Positions 23,901-37,157 are shown, counted from the whole stretch's first letter. The stretch: DNA of 54,638 bases, filler included, from Bipalium vagum (GCA_037834085.1; 3 parts of 3 records of this genome joined end to end with filler, not necessarily neighbours in it); one strand, 5' to 3'. The notes: a model not told the origin generated them from the letters alone. A program made the numbers and translations.

Positions 23901-26399
23901 TGTTTATCTGTGAAATTTATTTTCATTATCTTTTACTCTCAAAGACTGTCTACATACGACAATATTGACATTAATAAATGAGAGTGCATATTTTATTAAT
24001 AGCATTTTGAGTAGAAAGCTTACTAAAATCTTTAATATCTTTGTATATATATCTTCTTAATAAAATATAAATATAAATAAAATAATTAGCTGATATATTG
24101 GAAATATTATCTTTTCTTTAATTTATTTCCATTTGATTTGTGCATTATGTTTTGCTGAATTAGAAAAAAAACGTTGTCAATTTTATTCTTATTAATTTTT
24201 CAAAAGATTTCGATATTCGAGGAGATATTTTTATTTTTTAATTTATTTAAAAATTGTAATTTTGTTGTGTTAATATCAATCGGTTTGTAATCAGAACTAC
24301 AAGTCATATTTTGAATAGATTTATTAAGTGATAAAACAAATAATATTTAAACAAATTTTCTTACCCCTGGAAATTCTTTTTTTTATTAAATTTTAAAAAT
24401 ATGTTCATTTTTAAAATTTAATTCATACTTTTTAAATATTTTAAAATAATTAAAATAAACAATTAAAAAATTCCCCATGTCTGACGAGCCTCCTCACACG
24501 TTGTGCTCAAAATTAACTAATAAACTCATTAACTCCTTGTTTTAATGAACGCGGTAAAATATTAATTGATATTTTCACAATTTATATTTGCGAATCGCTT
24601 GTGATTTATATTTCATTTGTTCAATTGTTGTGAACTTTATCATAATTATTTTATAGATATGATAAGAATGATTTTTCTTTTTGTAACTGGAATTAAGTTT
24701 AATTAAATTGATTTTTGGAAAATTATTTTTCATTAATTTACTAATTTTTATAGAAAGACTCTGAAAACTTTCGTCAGAGAAAATTTGATTAAAATAAATG
24801 TTATAAAACATTGGTTTACGGAAAATAATTAATTATTTGTTATTTACGAACAAATATTACAGCTCACACCGTTTTTATTAAACAATTTTATTATCACTTT
24901 TGCGATTCTGTTACAATATTCTCGACAGGTTTTTTGATGACTGAAGAATCATTGAATATTTTTATGGGTTTACTTAGCCTAATCAAGTTATATAAAAATA
25001 GGTATAAAATTATACATCTATACATTTACCGAAAAATTCTATTGATGGAGCGTGACACGAAACAAGGAGCGAGGGTTTAGTTCTCAAGGTATAACACGAA
25101 AGGGAAAATTCCTCGTGTTTAAGACAGTCGTGTAGAGAGCTATTGTTAACCTTTGTTTCAATAGTTGATGGCCATAGGACCAAACAAATAATACGGAAGA
25201 GGTAGTTGGTACAGAAATGTCGGTTTTCTTTTTAATGGAAATATAAGATCAATCATATATAATACACACAAAATAGTTTATTTTCCTGTTGACTGGGAAT
25301 GATATGGAAAGCAGCATAATCCTCGTCTTATCAGGATCACAGACAAAATGAAAAGACTCTTGCGGAATGATTAGCGTCGTAACCGACTTGATCAGTTCTC
25401 GTTAAGCCATAACAGTAATGAGATTTCTGTTAAGGAATCAAATGTTAATGATATGATTTTGATAGTGATTGATTTTTAAAAGATAGAGCAAAATAAACTG
25501 ATATTTCCATTTCGTTATTTGTCAAACTTTGCTATTAAAGATAAACCAGAACTTTTCAGTAAGAATTTTCACCTTACTTAACACAACAAATTTCGCTGGT
25601 ATATTAAAATTATCTCTTATCTCTACGTGGATAAAACGGATTAAAGATATTTCAAGATCAGAACTAAGATCCCACTTAGCTTATTTGGAAAATATTTTCT
25701 AATCAAATAAATGAGGAAATTGAAGTGTAAAAACTGTTCTTCTCCGTTGATTCACAGTTCCAAAAGAAATATAAATAACTGACATTCAGGTTTTGTACTT
25801 GTCTTCCAAAGGTGTTGGTTACCGGGAGGAGATGAATGTAGATCTCGGCTTTCTGTTGCTAAAAGGTTGGTCGGACTTTACACTTCTTTTCATCTAGGTC
25901 CATTCAGATCCCGAAATTAGCTAGCTGCTTACAACCCCGATTTCTTTTGTGGTTGGCTTACGGGTTTTACGCTTGAAGTTGTCGCTGTATTTCTAGAGAC
26001 AGTTCAAGATAGAAAAAATGGTGTGTCTTAATAGATGCGCAAAGAGCAACCTTTACGATAATAGAAATTTATATTTAGTATAAACAAATACTTCTGCATG
26101 TAATACAGCAAATCAGAACATTATGTAAAAATTTTAATGTTACAGTCATTCAGTCTCGAGGTGATGACAGTGTAACAAGTCCACGAGTCCAGGTCAACAG
26201 GAAATTTAAAACAATCAATGCAGGATAGGATCGGGACAAATCACACTTTGCACCATCTAGATCAAACTGATCACTATTTTCTTATTGCAGTAGACATCTG
26301 CCAACGATGAATAGGAAAATAGACAAAAAAAGAAAAAATAACCCATACAATCATAAAACAGAAGACTAAATTATATACATTGGTTACCTGTTGAGAATA

Positions 26400-27010
26400 C
26401 GATTAAAGAAGTGGCGACGGTGATAAAAAGAAAATTAACTAACTAACTATATAACGATGATATGTTGGCGTAGATCGTTAAACACAACAAGGGGTATAAA
26501 AATAGCCTTCAAATAAAGGGTATATACAAATTGAAAAACTCGGGGTAAGAAAAAAAAGACAAGGCAATAAACAAATACGGCTGGAACAAATATGCACAAT
26601 TGGCTGCTGGTTGAGGTGGCTGGTAGTCGGGAATCCTCTTCTGGGCTATTGAGAACGCATAATACCGGATTACATTATTTATGTGAACAAGACATAAATA
26701 AGGAATACACACCAGTGGAGATGACTAAATACAGAGCGTACTATATGAGACAGAGATCAGGTAAGTGGACAATAAGATAAAATAATATATTGAGTACAAT
26801 GATAAATAAGGATGGATAATATATAAATAAAAATATATATTATTCCTTAAAATAATAATGAATTTATAAAAGCATTAGCTAGAATGGACAACTATCATAG
26901 CGGGAAAGGTGATATGAGTCAAGTAGTTGTGATATGGCTTTCTAACAGTAGTTTTAAGAAGGTTATGGGCAAGGGGACTTCGTTATGTGATCTTAACAAG
27001 AGGGTGTCTT
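26400..27010 (+). mobile_element. Gypsy LTR-retrotransposon 5' remnant (PBS-like site, gag and RT traces)
   Basis: TGGCGACGG PBS-like motif at ~26411; gag-like YTPVEMTKYRAYYMRQRSG; RT-like EWTTII (EWASPIV). Confidence 0.35.
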
Positions 27011-28034
27011 CATTTTTTTAAATGTTTATGTTCAAATGTAAAACATTTATTTACAGATAATATTAGATTCGTCGGAAAATAATATCAGATTTTAACATTC
27101 AACTTTAAACTTAAATAATTTGAGTCTGAAAACATTTTATTAATATTTAAAACAACGTTTTGAGTCTACAGATGCTTGCCAAGCTTATTTATCCCAAGGT
27201 CACAGAATTCCGATATCTGGATTGGATAAATTAAAGGAAAGCATGTTCGGCAACACCTTGACTTTTATCTGTGATGAAGAGGTCAAATGTCGAAAACAAT
27301 GACAGTCGGTAGGTGACAAATTCGGAGTATATGCTGTATGGATTTTTATTTTGAACACTAATATTATATATATTATAATTAATCAATACACGGCACAAAC
27401 GTTCTCTTATCAATTCCAATATTCTATTAAAAAATATTTCACAAGTAAAAGTGAAAATAAAGAACATGAAATTCTAAAAGTCTCTTCTCAGAACGGAAAT
27501 TCCCGGATTGACTTTTCCAATTCATATAGTAAAGTTTCGTTTTTGGGTGTTTATAATTATTCACCTTAACCGTTTCTCCTCAATACATTTCCATTGAAGC
27601 AGAATGGCAAATTTGGGATAAAATGTCTGTTTTCTGTTAGTAATTTAATGCAAATAAATATTTTAGATTTCTCTTGTAGAAATTGGTATAGATTAGAGCA
27701 GGCAATAAGCAAAAATATTAATAAAGTAAGAGATAATTGCCTCCCTTGTTTTTCTACAGTGCTTTTTTCTGATTGAATTTTCTTATAAAAAACAGAGAAT
27801 TTTGAAAATTTTTATTTTCTCAATACTTTTATTTATCGAAGATTAAATTTTTCATTTCTTTTAAAGAATTAAATAATATTAATTAAAATATTTTAATAAT
27901 TAGAGGCAAATATTTTTATTGATTAACTTAAAAAAAATATTTTATCCATTTTTAACCAATCAAAATAAGTTGTGTAACCATTGAATTCTCAGCAGTTTAT
28001 TTATTTTTTAATTTAATTTAAATTAAAAATTTAA

Positions 28035-28137
28035 TTATTAAGATTATTATTAAGATTATTAAGAAGATTAAGATTATTAAGATTATTATTAAGATTATTA
28101 TTAAGATTATTATTATTAAGATTATTATTATTAAGAT
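28035..28137. repeat. compound AAG(ATT)n minisatellite
   Basis: About 10 units of AAG followed by 0-4 ATT. Confidence 0.9.
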
Positions 28138-28729
28138 TTGATATCATAACAATTAAGTTTTACATTAACTTTAAATATTAAAATTCTTAGTTATAATTTT
28201 GTCTTTGAAAAGTTTTTCAGAAGAACTGTCTTTTAAAGCACAAGCTCAGTTATCCTAAAACTGTGAAAGAGTAATAATTTCAAAAAAAATATTTACGATT
28301 GTTTCTTAATTTTTAATATTTTGATTAACCATTTAAATTATTAAAATTATTTTCTTAAAATCATTAATATTGGTTGATTATTTTAAAAACACTTAAATTA
28401 AAAATATTATTTTTCGAAAAATATATTTTATAATAATATTTTTTTAAAAAAATTAATAAAATGAATAAACTTATTTTTCAAGTTTAATTATAATTAATAT
28501 TAATATTTATTTTAGTTATGATTTTGATCCAATCAGTTCCGTTTTAGTGACGGAATTAGCTTGAGAGTATAGCAACGATTTTTGTTTCGTGATATTTGTA
28601 TGACGTCATTTTAGGACGATTTTCAACAAGACTTCGTTGAAATTTCTCATATATTGACAATAAGCATAAATTATTTTATTACTTTGTTAAATTTCAAAAT
28701 AAACTAATTTTATAATAACACCCTATAGA

Positions 28730-29813
28730 TAGTGTGATCTTTTGACAAGCTGCTGTTTGAGCTAGTTCGTTCACTTAAATCTGGTCCAATAAATAACACA
28801 AAATGCTTCGGAACTTAATATCTTCTTCTGTAAAACTTGTATTAATTCTTGAATGACAGCAGATTTCATTAAAATATTTTTTTTGAAAAACTAATAATCA
28901 TTTGGTTATTGATTAATTGTAAAGGATTGTGTTTGTGACATATGCTAAAACAATGAAGATATATACCATGTGGTTCTCCACATAGCTGATATGGTTAATT
29001 ATGAACCAACAAACATTTTTGCGAAAGGATGCTGTTTTACTTTAACACAAATATAATCTACAGAAGCCCATACAATACTTGTAAGGGGTTGGGTTAACAA
29101 TGGTCCATCAAAAGTAACTTAAGAAAGATGATTTGAAACCTGGTCAAAAGAAACAGAAGTATTAGTGAATGAAGACAGTATGGAGATGATTATGATTTGG
29201 CCAAATAAATACATATTTCTCAATTATCGGCAAATCAAGAGTCATAAGATTACAAGTAAAATTTTTATTGCTTGACAAAAAGAAAATGTAGACAAATAAG
29301 AAAAATCATCTTTCAACAAACCTATATGCATCGTCACCAGTCTTCTATGGCAACATCAAAGTGAACCATGTATGGAATACTCTTTCGTGCATTATTATGC
29401 TGTGGTCCATCATAAGATGTTTATATATGATTAAACAGTTACGGACAAGATAATTGTAAAAATGATCAGAAGACGAAAAAAAACACCTGACCACATAATA
29501 CAAAAGAATTCAAGAAAATGTTAGTAGAACTTCAATTGGGATTGATACCTACGTGAGTTTCTCTCAAAGACTTAGCTCTTTCTGAATACCATCTGTTTCA
29601 GTCAATATTACAATGAAAAATCGAATAGCACTTTTAATTCTTCGACAAAATTACGTTTGTCATAAAACGGGCAGTTACCAGCTTATTTCTTTCGACACTG
29701 ACTTCACCAACTTTTTCAAAGATAGGAAAAGTATCTTTATGTATTTATTATGGTTTCTAATTATCAAAGACAAAAAATTGTAAAAAAAACCTCACTTCAA
29801 AGTACACAGCTAA
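28730..29813 (+). mobile_element. decayed mauritiana-subfamily (Mos1-like) mariner
   Basis: EPTNIF..LFYFN..STEAHTILV (Mos1 N-terminus), DLALSEYHLFQS; 3' TIR ...aagtacacagctaa+TA. Confidence 0.7.
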
Positions 29814-30418
29814 TACAACTAAATTCAAGAACTCAAGTTTCCAACTTATTTTGAGCTACAAGTTATCTCTTTTTTCATATCTCAAAAATATCAATGAACC
29901 AAATATAACAAATTACAAATTATAATTTTCTTAATCGATTTTCTTCATCTTAAAGAAGATTTTCTTTTGCTTATGATAATTTTTGTACTGAACTGTATAA
30001 GAGGAGTATTAGAAAAATTAATTAAAATAACAGCACATAAAATTAGTAAAAAAAGATATTTAATTAATTATGTGGGAAATGATCATAATAATGTATTAAC
30101 CATTTCATTTAGATGGGCTTTTGTTTCGGAAGTAATCAATCTTTAGTAATATTCATTAAAAGAGAAGGAAAATTATTAATGACAGCTGTAATTATTAATT
30201 ATAATTATTAATTATAATTTTGACTAAATAATGAAATTTTCACCTGTTATACATTATTAATCTAATTAATAATCTTATTTGATAATAATGTAATAATATC
30301 TACAAAATAATAATAAATATATTAAATATGAAAAATAAAACAATGAAAAATCTGTAATTTATTAATGTCCCAAAAAACCTTTTCACATTCTCTAAAACCT
30401 AAAATAAATAAATCATGA

Positions 30419-30421
<3 letters not shown>

Positions 30422-30450
<29 letters not shown>
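30422..30450. repeat. (AT)n microsatellite
   Basis: About 14 AT units. Confidence 0.9.
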
Positions 30451-30462
<12 letters not shown>

Positions 30463-32380
30463 AAATAAATATATTTGAACACAATATTTTATTTATAATA
30501 CTCTCCTGATGCATGTTTTGATCTTTCCGTTCAGATCTTCTTCAATCAATTTTAATATTCTTCTCCATCATCTTTAAAGGATATCAATATAATGATTTTT
30601 ATAAAATTATCTTCATTATTATTAGTCAAAAGTAAAAAAAATATTTTTTATTCTATAGGTTTTCAAAACTTTAAAAATTATTTTTAATTTTTTTTAAAAC
30701 TTTATTTCCAAAATATTAATAAAAGAAATCATTAATCATCCATTGATTTCTGCTTTCTCCAGTTTGTGAATTAATTTCTGGTTTCAATTTTTTAATTACT
30801 ACTGATTCTCATATTTTTTGTTTTATATCATTATCATTTCTTTATTACTACACAAAATTCATTTTCATTGTCACGTCTATTTCTTTGTCTTTCTTTGCAG
30901 CCAACGATATGATTCATCACTTTACTTGTTCTATTTTTTTCTAAATTCTTACTAATTCAAGTTTTGAGGCGACATTGTGTCTCTCCTCTATGATCACATC
31001 CATGGTACGTAGAAAAATGAATAATATTTTATGTCTTGTAACTTTTCATGTAATTTTTATACTAATATAATTGTTCCTTCGACTTCATTCTAGATACTTT
31101 TTGACGTCACCACGTATTGGAATTTATACACGATATTAGCTTGCATTAGTTTTGGAGTTATTATTTTGATTTTTAAAAAATTCTTTGTATTTGCACTTAC
31201 AGATATTATCTTTAAGCTCTCTTCATTTATGGATTGTAATATTTTACTTTTAAATTTTTTGAATCCCTCTAAAAAGGGAATTTTAATAATTTTTATATAT
31301 TCACTTTTTTCTTTCTTTCTATATATAATAGCATAAATTATTTACCCTATCATATCTTGATATTTTCAACTAAATATTATATAATGCAATAATATAATAA
31401 ATTAAATTCCTTTACGAGGAAAAGTTGTTACTCTGAAAAAATAACTGAAATTCCAAATATACGATTAAAATTGAATAATAAGGGTATCAGAAAATATTCA
31501 AGAGAAATCTAATAAAGAAATCCTCCACTTAATTTACGGCCCTAACAACGAAATACCGACTTCACAAGAGTATTTTAATCCTCTGAAGAATTTGGAAGAT
31601 GGAAACTTGTTGACATTGTGATACTTATTAATTAGACCACAACACCGGTCCAGAATGTCCAATTATGATCGAATGATGTATTTCTCTGGAGAATATCATT
31701 ACATAATTAAATAAAGACGTGATTTTAATGACGACTAATATCATTAGACCTTCAAATTTCATATTGGATTTATATTGTTCGTTCTATTTTCAGTAGTGTT
31801 AAATAATAAATAATATAATAATATAAACAAATGGGAAAATAATAGCTGATTCAATAAAAAATATAATATTTTACAAATCTCTATCAGAAGTGAACGTGGC
31901 AAAGTTTCAGTAATACTGTGATCCAATTTAATGTTGTAATAAAAGGCTGAAATGATATTTTATTACTATTATTATTTCAAAAGATTAATACTATCATGGA
32001 TCATGTGAAATTATGGTTTTGATAACGAGAATATTTCACATGAAAAAATACATGTCTATTTTTAGACTGCTAATTAAAACAATTAAATATAGATTAAAAA
32101 TGGAATAATTTTCTTCAATCGCAAAAAATGCTCAATTAATATTGAAATTGAAGCTAAAACTAACAAAAAAGCCTATCTCACGGTATCAACTTTGAAACAT
32201 TGTGAGTTTCAGTGAGTGTCCTTTCAGAAAGGCAGACAATGCTCTTTAAAGAAAGCTTTTCTAAAGAGAAAGATGTCTTAAAATAAGTAATTTGAATCAC
32301 AATCGAAGTGTAAAATTCTTTTATGAAATTAAATGTTCAGAGAAGAAACGAAAGTTTTGTATAATACTATATTAATGAAG

Positions 32381-33430
32381 AGGGTGATAAGAAAATAATT
32401 GCGTTTTATATGTTCCAGCTTGACAATAGATTTTTTGAAAATATATTTGTTTGAACGCATTAATTTACATACCACTTATAAGCGTAGAAATTTTTTTCAT
32501 TTTTCATGTTTTACTGTACCATTATTACTAATTTCTAATTTATACAATTTCTAGACGTCAGGTTAGAAAAATGTTGATTAAAAGAAATTTCACTATATGA
32601 GTTAATATTACTGCGTAGATCATTCACAAAAACAATAAAGCGTTCGGTATGTGTTCAGCAAAAGTGAGGACTTTGCAAAACTAGATGAGAGCCATAAAAG
32701 TGATGAAGATCATAGAGGTATTTCAGCGGTTGGCAATGATGAATTACAGATCTTGGTTGAGGTAGATCCACGTATAAAGACCTTGGAGATTAGCAAAGGA
32801 TTAAGAGTCAATTACTCAGCAATTCAGATTTCAGAAAAATGTCACAATTATATATATGTACTCCTCGTTTTTGTTCAGCAACAGCAACAAACCATTTCTC
32901 ATCGCATTTTGACCTCTGATGAAAATAGAATTGCATACAACAGACGATAGCGCTCATTATAGTGGTTGAACTTTAGTTTAACTCCACGTAAGCCGAGATA
33001 GCACCAAAAGAAAACTATAGTATCAGTTTTGTAGTACACGGTTGATCTGATTTAAATTTAAATCAAGGAGAAACTATAACATCAGAAGGATAATATCAAA
33101 AATTTGAAGAAATAAACTGGAAATTGCAATCTATATGTGCTCCGCATTAGTCAATAGAGAACATCCAATAATTCTTCACGACAATTTTCGATCAAAAATT
33201 GCAAAATATTCTTACAGAAACTGAATGAATTAATGTTTTATCCAAAACACTGCTGTTCAGAACGCCTTCTATAAGTTTATCGATTCTTGAAGACCAAACT
33301 TCTACGTCACTTGTCATGAATCAGATTTTGAATGAAACAAGTTCTTATCTTCCGAAATTTTTAGTAATACAATTGTCGATTAAAAAACGTAATCATTTTT
33401 TTGCCAACATGAAATATTATTGAGTTAATA
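32381..33430 (+). mobile_element. decayed cecropia-subfamily (Hsmar1-like) mariner
   Basis: ORF 32651-32950 LDESH..DEDHRG.SAVGNDELQILVEVDPR..TLEIS..LRVNYSAI and HRILTSDENRI; KPR.HQKK; PIILHDN. Confidence 0.82.
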
Positions 33431-33630
33431 ATTTTTTTAAAGTATGTGCAGTCATCATTGATTAAAACAATAAAGTTTTTGTAGGTTATTAAAAAATTAT
33501 GAAACTGAGTTATTTATTTAATTTTAATTTGTTTAATTTTTTTTAAAATTCGATTACGGTGTACAACTAAAACAAAATGATAATACAATATCGGATGTTC
33601 TTTAACTTATTTAACGGTTTGTTTTAATTA

Positions 33631-34713
33631 ATTGATTGGCAACTTACTGCGTATTTTTGACAAAAATAAAAAGATAAATTTTGTAAAGAATATAAAGTTT
33701 TATTCAGTAAAGTATTGAATATTTCTCCCAATGATATTGTTCTAGAATCATCACAATGCTTTTTTCATAATAGTTCTGGTTTTTACCGTTAAAAAACTGT
33801 ACAATTTGATTTCTTCTTCATCTTCAAAACTTCTTTCCCTTCAGAAAATTGTTCAAGAAACATAACAATAATAATTGGATGGTGTGGTTGTGGCAACGAG
33901 TGGCCTTGTATTGTCATGGTGAAAGACGACACATTTTCAATTGGCTAATTAAGGGATTTTTTTGTATTTTCTTTATTCAAATTGAATATTTGATGAGAAT
34001 AAAATTTGAATTATTTTTTTTAAAACCTGGCAATACATCAAAATAAGCAATTCCTTTATAGTCCCATCATAATGACACCATATCCTTCTTTTGATGAATC
34101 CCGACTTTGTCTATCATTTGTGCTGATTCACCTTACTTGCACCACGATTTTTTTCGGTTTACATAATCATAACTAATCCATTTTTCATCTGCAGTTAGTA
34201 TATCGTTTCAGAAGCAAATCGCCATATGCTCTGGTGCTGTGTTAGATTAATTTCCTTAAGATTTTTTTGAATCTTTAAATCAATTTTTCCCATAATTCAG
34301 TTTTATTAATCGATTTTCTATACAAGTATGTGAAACATTAAGATTATATTCGACATGTCATTCCTTTTCTATTGATTTTGCGATTTTTTCTTAAGAAAAG
34401 AATAATGGTCGACCAGGGTATAATTTACCTTTCAAGGAAAAATCCTCAATCACAAAATTTGAAAAGCCTAATTTCGGCAATGCCTAATTTTTATGGCTTT
34501 GTTGACATATCCGTAACATAATTTTTTGTCATTTTCCATTCTTTCCAAGTAATTGTAAATAAAAAATCTAAAACAGATTGATTTAAACAACGATAAATAT
34601 ATCAATAAATCAATACTTAAATAGTTATATAAAAATATCTAAATATTTGTTGTTATGTATGAAAATCGAAATTAAGAAAAGAAAGTACTCAATTACTTAG
34701 TTGCCAACCCAAT
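33631..34713 (-). mobile_element. near full-length decayed mellifera-subfamily mariner with both TIRs
   Basis: TIRs attgattggcaacttactgcg / caattacttagttgccaacccaat; minus strand ILTADEKWISYDYVNRKKSWCK*GESAQ..KVGIHQKKDMVSL*WDYKGIAYFDVLP and FHHDNTRP. Confidence 0.9.
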
Positions 34714-34928
34714 CTAAAATATCAAGAAAATGAATAAAAAGATTTCTTAAAAATTCCAAAATGATTTGATTATCTATTAATATATAATTTATTAATTCAG
34801 TCCCATGATTTAAGTTTAATACATTACAGGAATAATTGATTACTCCAGCACAGTTTTTGTTTTAATTTAAATACAACCAATTTTAAAACTTTTCATTTTC
34901 AATCTTATTTATATTTTTTATTATTCAG

Positions 34929-35647
34929 AATCCCCTCTCAAATTCAAGAACATTTGCTGCATCCCAATCTTTGTACTTGTGATAATATTTTTCATTGCAA
35001 TAATTATTAATGCTACACTATTCACAATATATAACAAAAAACCTATGGATATATTTGTTAACAAAGGTCTACTACCTCTGTTTGTGATCATGACCTGCAT
35101 TGTTTTCCTCTGCATTTTTGGCACTCTGCCGCTTCTTTGTCGAACGACGGCGTTCCTCATTCGATCTCCGTCTCGTCAATTAAAACAAATGTCAGATTCC
35201 GAAAATATTGATTTTCAAGCATCTGACACTCTTGTGAAAAACGAAATTCTGAAACTTTGCCAAATAATCTCCATCTTTGAATCCTATTTAAATTCAGAAA
35301 AAATAAGATTGTTTGTTTTTATTGATGCTGCTGATACTGAAAGCCGAGAAAAGCTAGCCAACTCAATTTATCTGATCAATGGTCTGATTCAAATGAGCTC
35401 AAATGCCCCAATTGCTTTAATTCTTGCTGCTGATTTCCAAACTCTCAATAGTGAATGGACAAATCCTTCAAATAATCCTTTATCTTCTTCTGGTATCAAA
35501 TCGAATATATTTCAGGAAATAAGTGATAATTTTCATCTGATCCACTCTACCATCCATTTACCGATTTATATGGAGGAAGGGGTTGATTTCCACAGAAATG
35601 GTTCTGGCAAAAAGAAATATGCCTCCAACGGAATGTTTTGTATAAGG
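34929..35647 (+). CDS. KIDINS220: Kidins220/ARMS-like exon (TM3-TM4 plus C-terminal half of KAP P-loop NTPase)
   Basis: ttattcag|AA TCC...AGG|gtaaaa; KFKNICCIPIFV (KWKKTCCLPSFV), two hydrophobic helices, IRLFVFIDAAD (TRLVVIIDGLD), IALILAAD (IAIFASD), STIHLPIYM (NIVHLPVFL). Donor position inferred. Confidence 0.82.
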
Positions 35648-35721
35648 GTAAAATTGATTAAAATAATTATTATCTTAATTATTATGTCATTCTTAACTTG
35701 TTATTATATGAAATTAATTAT

Positions 35722-35821
35722 NNNNNNNNNNNNNNNNNNNNNNNNNNNNNNNNNNNNNNNNNNNNTTAATTAATTAANNNNNNNNNNNNNNNNNNNNNNN
35801 NNNNNNNNNNNNNNNNNNNNN
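35722..35821. other. assembly spacer: 44 N + TTAATTAATTAA + 44 N
   Basis: Identical architecture to 16044-16143. Confidence 0.97.
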
Positions 35822-36258
35822 ATTATTATTATTATTATTGTTATTATTGTTATTATTATTATTATTTTTTTTTTATTATCATTTTTTTTTATTATTATTA
35901 TTATTATAAAAATGATATTAATTAGACAAGAGATTAAATTTTAAACGTAACTAAACAATAGAAAAATGTGGAATGTAGTAAAATTTCTGGTTCAATTATG
36001 AAAAATGTAAATATTCCAGGTTGATTTCTAAAAGAAAATGCTTTTTACAAAGAATAATTAATATTGATGGACAAAGTGGTATTTTAAATGGAAATAGTGG
36101 TTAGCATCGACTTATTAATAAAATCAAAATAATAATTGGAACAGTTTAATTTTTAGATACATCTGTGTTATGAAATTAAGATCATTATTTTATTTTCACC
36201 TAATTAAAATTATTTCAATAGCAATAACAGTATGGTCCGGATATTACAAAGTCAGGTA

Positions 36259-36669
36259 CAGTCGAACCTTTTTATAAAGTCACCTCCATATAAAGTCATT
36301 TAATATTACTTTTAAAAAAATATAAATAGATTTTAACATGAATACCTCTTTAGAACGTCACTTCTCTGCAATGCCAAACCTCTCTATAACGTCAATTTTT
36401 TAAGCGCTAAATTTAACATTTGTATCATTTCTTTTAAAACTACCTCCATATGAAAAAATTGTTTAAAAAATAAAATATTAAAATTTACCTCTCAATAACG
36501 TCAAACCTGAATATGACATCATAAAATTACATAAATAAAAATTTTCTTAAAATATTATATATAAATATTAATGTAAACATTATAATATTATTAATATTAT
36601 AACGTCAAACATAATTTTAACGTCATAAAATCCTGGTCTCAACGGTGTCGTTATAAAGAGGTTTGACTG
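36259..36669. mobile_element. 411-bp pogo/Tigger-like MITE
   Basis: TIRs cagtcgaacctttttataaagtcac / gtgtcgttataaagaggtttgactg; TA on the left, CA on the right; about six internal ACCTCTxTATAACGTCA-type repeats. Confidence 0.85.
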
Positions 36670-36967
36670 CATTACGATAAATCGATTATTACGAAAAGTA
36701 TTGCAAATAGTACCTGGACGGAGAATTACATATTATTTAAATCGGTTATTATGAATATTTTGTGGCAAAACAAATATTATATCAGTGATATTTTAAAAGT
36801 TCATAATAATATTTCAACTATTATTTATATTTAAGAAATAGTTTAGTATTTTCAAACCTGGACTTAATATTTGAAGGTCAAGAGTACCTTATAAATACAT
36901 GTTTCAAAAAGAATTATAGGTTGTTTTCAATTTATTATTTATTTAAAATTCATTAAAGATGCATCAC

Positions 36968-37108
36968 CAGTGTTCTATCTAAAAAGCTGTCATCCTCTGA
37001 AGCCCGAACATTTGGCTCTGCACCTGATTCCAATAAGATCTGAGTTATCATTATTCCAATTTTTCCTGGCAAGCATGAAGATATATGAAGAAGAGCTATC
37101 AAGCCACT
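36968..37108 (-). CDS. ANKMY1: ANKMY1-like exon 11 (ankyrin repeat); last exon visible
   Basis: ttttacag|AGT...CTG|gtgatg; SGLIALLHISSCLPGKIGIMITQILLESGAEPNVRASEDDSFLDRTL. Confidence 0.85.
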
Positions 37109-37157
37109 CTGTAAAAAAATCATGTACACATTATCATTTATGAAATCTACCATTTAC

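Noticed and set aside
31520-31690. IYGPN motif like a LINE endonuclease
   Set aside because: Single short motif with stops; too weak to call.
34921-35160. 79-aa minus-strand ORF
   Set aside because: Antisense shadow of the Kidins220-like exon.
35648-35773. Hydrophobic tail of ORF 34979-35773
   Set aside because: Intron read-through into the N gap; the stop comes from the synthetic linker.
36858-36887. AG...GT-bounded 30-nt candidate next ANKMY1 exon
   Set aside because: The phase-0 reading required by exon 11 hits a stop.
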